Positions 19,147 through 27,013 of a stretch of DNA of 64,000 nucleotides are shown here, piece by piece. Positions within the stretch are counted from its first letter, which is position 1; every line of letters begins with the position of its first letter. This stretch comes from a virus (Duplodnaviria; Heunggongvirae; Uroviricota; Caudoviricetes). Below the pieces are notes generated by a model. It was not told where the DNA came from. It did no database searches and saw only the letters and a program-made list of their open reading frames with translations. The stretch lies in the IMG/VR virus record IMGVR_UViG_3300029996_000255. One strand, written 5' to 3'. The position numbers were made by a program, and so were the translations under genes.

Positions 19147-19410
19147 ATGGAAAATAAAAAAACATTAAAATATTTAAATGATATGAAGAATAGTAAAATG
19201 CCACCATTTGTTAGTCAATATGAATTTTTCTTTGCTACACTGGAAGATTATTATATTGCAAAATCAAATGGTGCAAAGATAATAAAAGAGGAGCTTATGG
19301 AATGGGATTCTGAAGCGCAAAAAGAAATTGTTAATATATTGGCTGATATTATAGAATCTGATGAATTGATTGGCTTTGATAAAAATGATATTTTATCGTT
19401 AGCTGATTAA
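19147..19410 (+). CDS. hypothetical protein
   Basis: ORF track; TTGAGGTGAAGTAA RBS. Confidence 0.5.
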   Translation: MENKKTLKYLNDMKNSKMPPFVSQYEFFFATLEDYYIAKSNGAKIIKEELMEWDSEAQKEIVNILADIIESDELIGFDKNDILSLAD

Positions 19411-19471
19411 ATGACGATTTACTTGGCTTTTAAACAGAGAATAATACTATATAAAATTGAAATGGAGTGTG

Positions 19472-19681
19472 ATGCATATGTCAAAGCTTATATTACAAAG
19501 AAAAGACAGAAAACTCATAGATAATATTTTCGAGCATCCTGGAAATATTTTCAGTGTACATTTTGCAGGATATGAAGATACAGTTTGGTGTAAATCTATT
19601 TCAGAAATTTATATGGCATTAGAGCAATTTAAGAAAAATGGATTTGTGAAGACAGATGAAAATGCAGAGTTATTAGTATAG
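19472..19681 (+). CDS. hypothetical protein
   Basis: AATGGAGTGTG RBS. Confidence 0.45.
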   Translation: MHMSKLILQRKDRKLIDNIFEHPGNIFSVHFAGYEDTVWCKSISEIYMALEQFKKNGFVKTDENAELLV

Positions 19682-19693
19682 AAAGTGAGAATT

Positions 19694-20002
19694 ATGAGAG
19701 AAGAATGTAAGGCATTAAAGCAATTACTATCTGAACTATATCCATCATCAAAATTCAGTATTCGATTCAAACGGGCGAGAAATTATATAGATACATCGGA
19801 TATGATAATTGTAAGATGTCTATCAAGCATAGATACAGATGAACTTATAAAGCAAATCAAACATTATTCTTCTGGAATAGCAGTATTTAAAGATGGTTCT
19901 TGTGAATCTATATGGAATCGAAAAATTGAACCTAAAATTCTCATACCATCTACAAAAACTGTAATAGATTTAGATACAACAGAATTTATAAAAATAATAT
20001 AG
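19694..20002 (+). CDS. hypothetical protein
   Basis: AAAGTGAGAATT ATG. Confidence 0.5.
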   Translation: MREECKALKQLLSELYPSSKFSIRFKRARNYIDTSDMIIVRCLSSIDTDELIKQIKHYSSGIAVFKDGSCESIWNRKIEPKILIPSTKTVIDLDTTEFIKII

Positions 20003-20019
20003 AAAAGAGGGGAAATATA

Positions 20020-20298
20020 ATGACAAAAAATCAGATAGAAAAATTCGCAGTAGGTTATCCTTATTATCCCACAGATTATGTTGAAGCAGTATTAAAAGTT
20101 TCAAATTTTGATACGGAGATAGCTGAAGAAATTTTAGATGATAAAGAGAAAACATTGGCAATTTGGCAAAATGGAACAATTATGATTGATGGAATTACAT
20201 CTTGTTGTGGTTATGATTTTGGAGAAGATGCATTTAGCAAAAAGATAAATATTGGTTATTGTCCGATTTGTGGAAGAAAAATTGTAATTAAAAAGTAA
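20020..20298 (+). CDS. hypothetical protein with C-terminal CxxC...CPICG zinc-ribbon-like motif
   Basis: ORF track; AGAGGGGAAAT RBS. Confidence 0.5.
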   Translation: MTKNQIEKFAVGYPYYPTDYVEAVLKVSNFDTEIAEEILDDKEKTLAIWQNGTIMIDGITSCCGYDFGEDAFSKKINIGYCPICGRKIVIKK

Positions 20299-20329
20299 TG
20301 AAAGAATTGATTCAAAAGGAGGCATAGTG

Positions 20330-20581
20330 ATGAATGCTTTTGATATAAATAAATATATAATTGAAGAAATGGGATCAGCAGAAGAAAAAGGAGAAGATGT
20401 CACCGTCAGATTATATTTATCAAACAGTGAAATTATAGAGATATGGTTTGATAAGGAAAATGATTATTATACATGGAGTAATGCTTCTTATGGGTATGAA
20501 GATACACTTGCAATTATGAATGATATATTTGAATGGCTTCACGAAGAATCGTTATCTGTAATTAATATGGAAACGATTTAG
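20330..20581 (+). CDS. hypothetical protein
   Basis: AAAGGAGGCATAGTG ATG. Confidence 0.5.
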   Translation: MNAFDINKYIIEEMGSAEEKGEDVTVRLYLSNSEIIEIWFDKENDYYTWSNASYGYEDTLAIMNDIFEWLHEESLSVINMETI

Positions 20582-20670
20582 TATAATAGCTGCTAGTAGA
20601 AATGCTGGCAGTTATTTTTATTGTAAGAGAGAATATTATAATATAAAATAAAAGAAAGGTTGTGATATGA

Positions 20671-20850
20671 ATGATAACAACAGGAATTGTAAGACGCTTT
20701 GACGACTTAGGGAGAATACATATTCCAAAAGAAATTAGAAAAAAGGTGTTTGGAAAATATAATGTAGAAGGTACACCTATGGAAATTTTTTATGATAAGG
20801 ATGGAAATATTATTATAAAACTATACAAGGAGAGCAATGTCAATGAGTAA
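20671..20850 (+). CDS. AbrB/SpoVT/MazE-type swapped-hairpin DNA-binding protein (59 aa; GIVRRFDDLGRIHIPKEIRKKV)
   Basis: near-canonical AbrB N-domain motif; GAAAGGTTGTGATATGA RBS; absent from the ORF track because under 60 aa. Confidence 0.55.
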   Translation: MITTGIVRRFDDLGRIHIPKEIRKKVFGKYNVEGTPMEIFYDKDGNIIIKLYKESNVNE

Positions 20851-21166
20851 ATTAGTACAGAAAGTCAAATGGAATTTAGATGGTTCTAATATAGAAATGT
20901 ATACATATGGCGAAGCTGATTTTGAGGCAAACAAAGCAATGCAAGAACCATTGGAAAAGCTGTATCAGTATGAGAATAAACCTGATATGAGAGAAAAGGT
21001 TGTTGAATATATTGGTGAGCTTGAAATGGAAATTGATAGATGTGAACAATGTATTATTGATAATGGTATTGAAGCAGAAACTACAAATAATATGCTATTA
21101 GCACGTTGTGAGACTCTTCATGAAATTATAGGCGATTTAAAAGGTAGATTGGAGGAAAGAATATGA
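20837..21166 (+). CDS. hypothetical protein
   Basis: ORF track; overlaps the upstream stop. Confidence 0.5.
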   Translation: MSMSKLVQKVKWNLDGSNIEMYTYGEADFEANKAMQEPLEKLYQYENKPDMREKVVEYIGELEMEIDRCEQCIIDNGIEAETTNNMLLARCETLHEIIGDLKGRLEERI

Positions 21167-21387
21167 AATTTAATAATGGAGATAGAGTCTTTCATAAAGG
21201 ATTGCATTTATTTGGAGTTTTCATCGAATATGCATGGAATAGTGATGATGAAGCTATTGTAAGATTTGATAATTGTGATAATCCAGACGATTGTAGACAT
21301 ATTAGTGTTAATCAGTTAGAAAAACTTCCAAATGGTAGTGAGATTGTTAAGAGAATAATCAAATATAACAATTCTAAAAAAGATTGA
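21163..21387 (+). CDS. hypothetical protein
   Basis: ORF track; ATGA overlap coupling. Confidence 0.5.
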   Translation: MKFNNGDRVFHKGLHLFGVFIEYAWNSDDEAIVRFDNCDNPDDCRHISVNQLEKLPNGSEIVKRIIKYNNSKKD

Positions 21388-21416
21388 AAGAGTTATTTCA
21401 AATGGGAGGTGTAATT

Positions 21417-21638
21417 ATGGAAAGAGTATATCCTTCAGATTTTAACATGTCGAAAAATAAATCACAAGAATCCTTTGTTAGAGTGAGCGAAATAAATGAT
21501 ATGATTGCATATGGTGTATTCAAATTAGATAGAAATAAATTAAAAGAATATAAGTTTGATACAACAGTAATATACAATAAGGAAAGATATACGAGAGAGG
21601 AAGCAATGAATTTGTTCGGAAGTTTGGTTGGATTATAA
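21417..21638 (+). CDS. hypothetical protein
   Basis: AATGGGAGGTGTAATT ATG. Confidence 0.5.
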   Translation: MERVYPSDFNMSKNKSQESFVRVSEINDMIAYGVFKLDRNKLKEYKFDTTVIYNKERYTREEAMNLFGSLVGL

Positions 21639-21861
21639 ACCCAAAGGAAAATTGCTTTCAATAGCAGAACGGAGGATAATAAAAATGGAAAGACAGTACA
21701 TTGTAGAAGTGACAATAACGGTTGATGACAAAGATTTGTTTCATGGACAAACAGTTGATGAATTAGTTTTTGGATAGTTTAGAAGAAGCTCCTTTCCAAG
21801 TTGATACTATAGTGGTAAAATAAAGACAGTTGAAGATTGTTTTCAAGAGGAAAGTAATTAT

Positions 21862-22476
21862 ATGGAAATAAATATAGGTGATAAATTTGGTGATTGGACT
21901 GTGCTAGCTTTGTCAGATAAAACAGATTCGTCACACAATAAGTATTACACATGTCAATGTGTGTGTGGGACAATTAGAGCAATTAACAAAGGAAAATTAA
22001 TTTCAGGAAAGTCTAAGTCTTGTGGTTGTAAAAGAAAATTAGATATGACTAGGAAAATCGTAAAAGATTTATTGTTTTTAGAGCCTTTTGGCTATGAAAA
22101 TGGAAAAGTTATATGGAAATGTAAATGTCTAAAATGTGGAAGAATGTGCTACAGAACGGTATCTGAGGCAAAAAAGGTTGGTACTTGTGGAAATCATAGA
22201 GATGGGAAAACATTAAATGAAAATAGAAAAAAGCGTACACAGGTCGATGGAACGATTGTACAAACTTTAACTCAAAAAGTTTCAAAAAATAATACTTCAG
22301 GTATAAAAGGAGTTTCTTTTGACAAAACCAGAAAATTGTGGGTTGCTCAAATTGGATTTCAAGGAAAGAATTATAGTCTCGGTAAATTTAAAAAAATTGA
22401 AGATGCAGAAAAAGCTAGAAAAGATGCAGAAGATAGATTTTTTAAACCGATTATAGATAAGTATAAAAAAGACTGA
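21862..22476 (+). CDS. HNH-family homing-endonuclease-like protein with a C-terminal AP2 DNA-binding domain (GIKGVSFDKTRKLWVAQIGFQGKNYSLGKF) and N-terminal Cys clusters
   Basis: AP2-domain signature and Cys clusters read from the translation. Confidence 0.5.
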   Translation: MEINIGDKFGDWTVLALSDKTDSSHNKYYTCQCVCGTIRAINKGKLISGKSKSCGCKRKLDMTRKIVKDLLFLEPFGYENGKVIWKCKCLKCGRMCYRTVSEAKKVGTCGNHRDGKTLNENRKKRTQVDGTIVQTLTQKVSKNNTSGIKGVSFDKTRKLWVAQIGFQGKNYSLGKFKKIEDAEKARKDAEDRFFKPIIDKYKKD

Positions 22477-22493
22477 TTTGAAAGGAAGGAAAA

Positions 22494-22829
22494 ATGCCAA
22501 GAATTAGAGATTGTGTTATTTGTGGTAAGAGGTTTACAAGTTACCATGGAATAAATGTATGTAGTGAACAATGTAAAATAGAAAAAAAGAAACGACAAGA
22601 TGAAAATTCGAATAAAAGAAGATATAGTAAGGAATCGAATACACCAATAATTAAAATCTGTCCTATTTGTGGAGAAAAGTTTGAAACACTTAGAAGAACA
22701 TATTGTTCAGAAGAGTGTTCTGAGAAAGCACATAAAATACATGTAAAGGAAATTTCAGATCAATACTATAAAGATCATAGAGAAGAAATAATTGATAAAG
22801 TAAAAGAAAGAAAGAGTAATAAATATTAA
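22494..22829 (+). CDS. hypothetical protein with two tandem zinc ribbons (C.ICG[KE][RK]F...CSE[QE]C repeated)
   Basis: ORF track; GGAAGGAAAA RBS; internal repeat. Confidence 0.5.
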   Translation: MPRIRDCVICGKRFTSYHGINVCSEQCKIEKKKRQDENSNKRRYSKESNTPIIKICPICGEKFETLRRTYCSEECSEKAHKIHVKEISDQYYKDHREEIIDKVKERKSNKY

Positions 22830-22844
22830 TCATAAGGAAGCAGA

Positions 22845-22876
22845 AATCAACTGCTTCTTTTTTATTGCAAAAATGA
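22845..22876 (+). terminator. intrinsic terminator (GAAGCAG/CTGCTTC stem, loop AAATCAA, then TTTTTTATT)
   Basis: perfect 7-bp stem plus T6. Confidence 0.7.
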
Positions 22877-22888
22877 GGTGAATAATGT

Positions 22889-23146
22889 TTGAGTAGATAT
22901 AAGAATGGAAACCCAAAACATGCAAGTCGATTCATATGTTTAAAATGTATGAATGAAAATATGTTAGCCAGTGGAATTCAGAGACAGAGACAAAGAGAAC
23001 GAAAACATATTAAGGATTTGTATTGTTTGAAGTGTGGAGAGGTAACGAAGTGCATCGAAGTAAGATTTTGTGATTCTTATGAAGAAATTTTTGAGGTTGC
23101 AAAGATAAAAAGAGAGAATTATTACATAGACAATTATGAAAGGTAG
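22889..23146 (+). CDS. hypothetical zinc-ribbon protein (CLKCMN...CLKCGE)
   Basis: ORF track; AATGAGGTGAATAATG RBS. Confidence 0.45.
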   Translation: MSRYKNGNPKHASRFICLKCMNENMLASGIQRQRQRERKHIKDLYCLKCGEVTKCIEVRFCDSYEEIFEVAKIKRENYYIDNYER

Positions 23147-24152
23147 GTTGATGATAATGTGTTATAAAATAGAAGTGCAGAATAAAAATGCGGAGAAGCT
23201 TAATAAAAAATTAGATGAGTTAAATGCACCACAATTTTTAAGAGATTACTTAAATGAGTTGGAAAGCAAAAACGGAGCGCTAAATTATTTAGTGGCAATT
23301 AAAGATTTTTTACAGTGGTTGATTGAAAGTAATATTATTAATAAGAAATCAATTTCTGAAATAGAAGTTTCTGATTTTAATGACCTAAGACCACAAAATA
23401 TTAGTTCATATCTTAGATATAAGGAAACAAATGGAATGTCACCAACCACAACAGAAACAAGGAAAAATATCATTAAAAGTTTTATACAGGATATTTATTC
23501 ATACAGAGAGTGTTTGTTAAGAGAAGTTTATAGTAATATAGAAGATTTTTACAAAATGATTAAATATAAGGGAATCCCATCTGGAAACAACTTAATAAAA
23601 AAACTTCCAACAGAAAAGCAGCTTAATGACATGGAAGAGAAGATAATGTGGAAAAAGGATATTGCAGTAAAAAATAGGAATATTGCTATCTTTAGGGTAT
23701 TAAGGGGCACTGGTATAAGAGAGTCAGAGCTTGCTGGCTTAGATTTATCTGATTTACATTTGAAGGAAGAAATGCCATACATTACTATTCTTGGCAAAGG
23801 TGTGTACAGAGAAATGCAAAATAGAACCGTATATCTTAGCGGATCAGCCTTAAAAGCATTGAAAGAGTGGTTAGAGTATAGGTTGACATTGGATAATATT
23901 ATTGATACAGAAGCAGTTTTTATTAATAAAAACGGAACACGTACAACAGAGAAAAATATTAAGCAGATATTTGAAAATTACGGAAATGGTATTACTGCAC
24001 ATATGATGAGACATTATTATGCTACTGTAATGAATCAAAATGGAAATCTTGCATTCGTACAACAGCAGCTTGGGCATAGTAGTGTAAAAACAACTGTCAA
24101 AAATTATGCAAATGGAGCAGTGGGAATGAAAGATGTACTAAATAATATGTGA
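23136..24152 (+). CDS. int: tyrosine site-specific recombinase / phage integrase (alternative starts at 23151 and 23157)
   Basis: C-terminal catalytic motifs R..ELAGL, HMMRHYYAT, LGHSSVKTTVKNY read from the translation. Confidence 0.85.
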   Translation: MKGRLMIMCYKIEVQNKNAEKLNKKLDELNAPQFLRDYLNELESKNGALNYLVAIKDFLQWLIESNIINKKSISEIEVSDFNDLRPQNISSYLRYKETNGMSPTTTETRKNIIKSFIQDIYSYRECLLREVYSNIEDFYKMIKYKGIPSGNNLIKKLPTEKQLNDMEEKIMWKKDIAVKNRNIAIFRVLRGTGIRESELAGLDLSDLHLKEEMPYITILGKGVYREMQNRTVYLSGSALKALKEWLEYRLTLDNIIDTEAVFINKNGTRTTEKNIKQIFENYGNGITAHMMRHYYATVMNQNGNLAFVQQQLGHSSVKTTVKNYANGAVGMKDVLNNM

Positions 24153-24186
24153 TATGTAAAGGACAATACAGATTAGTTTGTGTCGT
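24153..24186. terminator. possible bidirectional hairpin between the convergent int and repressor genes (AAGGAC...GTCCTT)
   Basis: 6-bp stem with a long loop. Confidence 0.3.
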
Positions 24187-24439
24187 CCTTATTATTTAAT
24201 TTATAAAATTCATTTGTATAAGCTAGTAATCGTTTCATTTGAGCATCATCTGTATCAAGTATTTCAATTGGTGAACAGTTTAATTCTTTGCAGATTGATT
24301 CTAAAATATCAAATTTAATCGAGGTTGATTCACCTTTATAGATTTTGTCGATTGTTGGATATGTTACTCCTATTTTTTTAGCCAGTTCATAACGTGTCAT
24401 ATTTTTTTCTTTTAACTTATTTTGAATAGATAATCTCAT
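24173..24439 (-). CDS. XRE/cI-like helix-turn-helix repressor (MTRYELAKKIGVTYPTIDKIYKGE...). The upstream part of the track ORF (to 24595) is read-through into the promoter region
   Basis: HTH_XRE motif; AGGAGG RBS before ATG 24439 (minus strand). Confidence 0.8.
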   Translation of the reverse strand: MRLSIQNKLKEKNMTRYELAKKIGVTYPTIDKIYKGESTSIKFDILESICKELNCSPIEILDTDDAQMKRLLAYTNEFYKLNNKDDTN

Positions 24440-24515
24440 AAATGCAATCCTCCTATATACATAGAGTACCATATATAAAAGAAAAAATAAATATAAAAAA
24501 TAATTGTAATAATAC

Positions 24516-24544
24516 TTGACAATATATATAGTGAAGTATATAAT
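24516..24544 (+). promoter_or_regulatory. consensus sigma-70 promoter (TTGACA, 17-bp spacer, TATAAT) driving the mazF-like gene; the spacer contains the recurrent ATATATATAGTG element
   Basis: -35 at 24516-24521, -10 at 24539-24544, read directly. Confidence 0.6.
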
Positions 24545-24587
24545 ACAAAATATCAAAGGAACAAACAGAGAAAGGAGGGCTAAAGCA

Positions 24588-24938
24588 ATGGACATAAAAC
24601 GTGGTGAAATATACTTCGCAGATGTAGGTAGATATGATTCTCAGGGTTCTGAACAGAGTGGTAGAAGACCAGTGTTAATACTTCAGAATGACATTGGAAA
24701 TAAATTTAGCCCTACCACTATTATTGCCATTATAACTACGAAGTCTAAAAGGGAATTACCAACTCACGTTGAGTTACATAAAGATAAATTCAACGGATTA
24801 AAACACGATTCTGTTGTAGCTCTTGAACAAATTACCACAATAGATAAAGATAGACTAAAGTTTAAGATTGGTAATTTATCTAATGATGATAATGTTCGTG
24901 TTATGGAAGCGATGAAAATAAGTCTGGCTATGATATAG
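24588..24938 (+). CDS. mazF: MazF/EndoA(NdoA)/PemK-family endoribonuclease toxin (116 aa), very similar in sequence pattern to B. subtilis EndoA
   Basis: RGEIYFADVG...GSEQSGRRPVLILQNDIGNKFSPTTIIAIITT...LPTHVEL...DSVVALEQITTIDKDRL; AAAGGAGGG RBS. Confidence 0.85.
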   Translation: MDIKRGEIYFADVGRYDSQGSEQSGRRPVLILQNDIGNKFSPTTIIAIITTKSKRELPTHVELHKDKFNGLKHDSVVALEQITTIDKDRLKFKIGNLSNDDNVRVMEAMKISLAMI

Positions 24939-24953
24939 GAGAGAGGAGAGAAT

Positions 24954-25253
24954 ATGTTTATGAAGACAGAAGCATATGATTATTCAACAATTGATGAAGC
25001 TATAGAAAGATTACAGAAGTTGAAAACTGAAGGTAAAAATCCTAAAAATGTAGTAATACTTACAATGGATTTTGATAATAATACTTCGTCAAAAAAAATT
25101 GCGTCACCTGATGATGGATGTCTTTTAGTAAAGAAGTCAAAGACAATTATTATGAATGAAGATGAATATATTCCACACATGCAGCTTTTTAATACAGAAC
25201 AGAATATAAAGAATATCATTAGAAGAGGAATAATGCATGACATACTATTATAA
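24954..25253 (+). CDS. hypothetical protein (99 aa) downstream of mazF-like
   Basis: ORF track; GGAGAGAGGAGAGAATATG RBS. Confidence 0.45.
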   Translation: MFMKTEAYDYSTIDEAIERLQKLKTEGKNPKNVVILTMDFDNNTSSKKIASPDDGCLLVKKSKTIIMNEDEYIPHMQLFNTEQNIKNIIRRGIMHDILL

Positions 25254-25402
25254 TAATTTGTCCAGATAATAGAATAGAAAATATGATAAAATATAGTATT
25301 CGTAATAATTCTGCTATATTTTATCTTTACATAATTTGAGATTTTATGCAGTGTGTATAAAATAAAATGCAAAATTGTTTCGAATATATGTTTGTGTTCT
25401 AT

Positions 25403-25431
25403 TGACATCGAATACATGTTCGGATTATAAT
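25403..25431 (+). promoter_or_regulatory. sigma-70-like promoter (TTGACA, 17 nt, TATAAT) with an overlapping imperfect palindrome ATCGAATACATGTTCGGAT and an upstream TTCGAATA direct repeat
   Basis: read directly; lies in a 450-bp AT-rich intergenic region. Confidence 0.45.
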
Positions 25432-25708
25432 ATGCAATATGGAAATGGAAATAAGAAATAAAAGAGACTATACGGATGCTCGTGCGACCAAACACTTTTT
25501 GAACATCATCATATATAGCCTCTTTCTACGAAGGAGAAGAGCAACAATGTACTCTACTCACATTTATTATATGATATTTCTTTATTTTTAGTCAATGTAC
25601 TTTCGTACATTTTTTCCAAAAATTACCAAATTTAATAGTGTTTTAATTTTTCTTTGGTATACCCAAAGTTTATTAAAGTACGCCAAAAATCAGAAGGGAG
25701 TGATTTTT

Positions 25709-26302
25709 TTGGATTATGTAATAAGAAGTGGCAAAGTTTATATCCGTGTCAATAATGGGAAAACAGAAACTTGTGCAGAAAAAATGAAAGGTATATTTAG
25801 TGAAACAAAAGCAAGAAATATATTACATTCATTACCAAAAACATTAAAGAGATATGGTTTTCATATCGAAGCAATACCTGATATACCACCTAAAACCATA
25901 GAAAATAATACATATAAAATACCCGAATCCGTTTCACAATGGATTGATAAATTCGGTTCAATTGGACAGACGTTAAATGAAGCGGAAGCGAGAAGTAACA
26001 TACTCATAGCTGAACTTAATACTTGTGATGATGAACTTATAGATATTGTTCATGATGCTGAATTAGAGAATGATATGAATATGTATAAAGGATATCTGTT
26101 ATATGTCAGACTTCGTAAGAATCGTAGAAGAAGACGTGAATTAAAGGATGAACTAATGATTATATCTGATGTATTGGATGAAATAAAGCAACCATCAAAA
26201 TTTCAAAAAGAGCGTATTCAGAAAGCTGTTGATGGATTATTACATAGAAAATATAAGTATCGTGTTACGGAAATAGAAGAAGATGAAAAAAGTGCGAAGT
26301 AA
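25709..26302 (+). CDS. hypothetical protein; start refined to TTG 25709 with AGGGAG RBS, since the upstream portion of the track ORF looks like non-coding read-through
   Basis: RBS spacing; codon usage shifts after 25709. Confidence 0.45.
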   Translation: MDYVIRSGKVYIRVNNGKTETCAEKMKGIFSETKARNILHSLPKTLKRYGFHIEAIPDIPPKTIENNTYKIPESVSQWIDKFGSIGQTLNEAEARSNILIAELNTCDDELIDIVHDAELENDMNMYKGYLLYVRLRKNRRRRRELKDELMIISDVLDEIKQPSKFQKERIQKAVDGLLHRKYKYRVTEIEEDEKSAK

Positions 26303-26338
26303 ATCGAGAATATATAAATGGAAAGGTAGGTAGATGGC

Positions 26339-26995
26339 ATGATTAATAAAGAAATGATGTTGGTTATTAAAAACAATCCTAAATTGTCAGAAATACTTGA
26401 TTTATATATGGCAAATGAAATGAAGAAGTTAAAAAATATTTGCTATAAAATATGGAAAGGTAAGGTTGATAATTACGAAGAAGATGAATTGCTTGACGAT
26501 GCTATAGAAGTATTAATAGAATCTTTAGTTACATATGACGCTAAAAGTAAGGCAAAATTTGAAACTTACCTAACGGGTAATATTTCAAGATCGTCTTACA
26601 GTTGGTTTCGGGATAATAAATATACAGGCTGCCGAAATAATCTTGCCAGAGATGGTAATGGAAAGATTATATATGAAGATGTTAATGGCAAGAAAAGACC
26701 TATAAGAATTGACAATGTTTCATTTGACTTGGATAGTGACGAAATACAGAATTTAAAAGAAACACTATCATCCAAGATAAACATAGAAGATATTCTCATT
26801 GCGGAGGAATATACAGATAAGGTTGAACTATATCTTAGCAATTTACCTAAAAGAGTTAGAGGCGTAGCAAAGTTATTTTCTCAAGAATACAATCGAGATG
26901 AAATTATGGAATTATTACATATAACAGAACAACAATTATTAGACTGTATGAAGATTCTAAAGTCATACGAATACATATCATTATTATTTAATTAA
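26339..26995 (+). CDS. sigma-70-family (ECF/phage-type) RNA polymerase sigma factor-like protein; region-2-like segment DDAIEVLIESLVTYDAKSKAKFETYLTGNISRS and region-4-like HTH segment LPKRVRGVAKLFSQEYNRDEIMELLHITEQQL
   Basis: motif resemblance read from the translation. Confidence 0.5.
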   Translation: MINKEMMLVIKNNPKLSEILDLYMANEMKKLKNICYKIWKGKVDNYEEDELLDDAIEVLIESLVTYDAKSKAKFETYLTGNISRSSYSWFRDNKYTGCRNNLARDGNGKIIYEDVNGKKRPIRIDNVSFDLDSDEIQNLKETLSSKINIEDILIAEEYTDKVELYLSNLPKRVRGVAKLFSQEYNRDEIMELLHITEQQLLDCMKILKSYEYISLLFN

Positions 26996-27013
26996 AGAAG
27001 GGAGAATATTACA

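Noticed and set aside
24516-24587. Upstream extension of the mazF-like ORF (MTIYIVKYIIQNIKGTNRERRAKA)
   Set aside because: It overlaps the promoter -35 and -10 elements. AAAGGAGGG sits 7 nt before ATG 24588, and the MazF/EndoA homology starts at MDIKRGEIY.
24440-24595. N-terminal extension of the repressor ORF (track 24173..24595), translated as a hydrophobic FYLFFLLYMVLYVY segment
   Set aside because: The extension runs through the divergent promoter (TTGACA/TATAAT) and AT-rich spacer. An AGGAGG RBS precedes the internal ATG at 24439, which gives a normal 89-aa HTH protein.
25595-25708. Upstream part of track ORF 25595..26302 (MYFRTFFPKITKFNSVLIFLWYTQSLLKY...)
   Set aside because: Phe/Leu/Tyr-rich translation of AT-rich leader DNA downstream of a promoter. 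AGGGAG plus TTG at 25709 gives a more plausible start.
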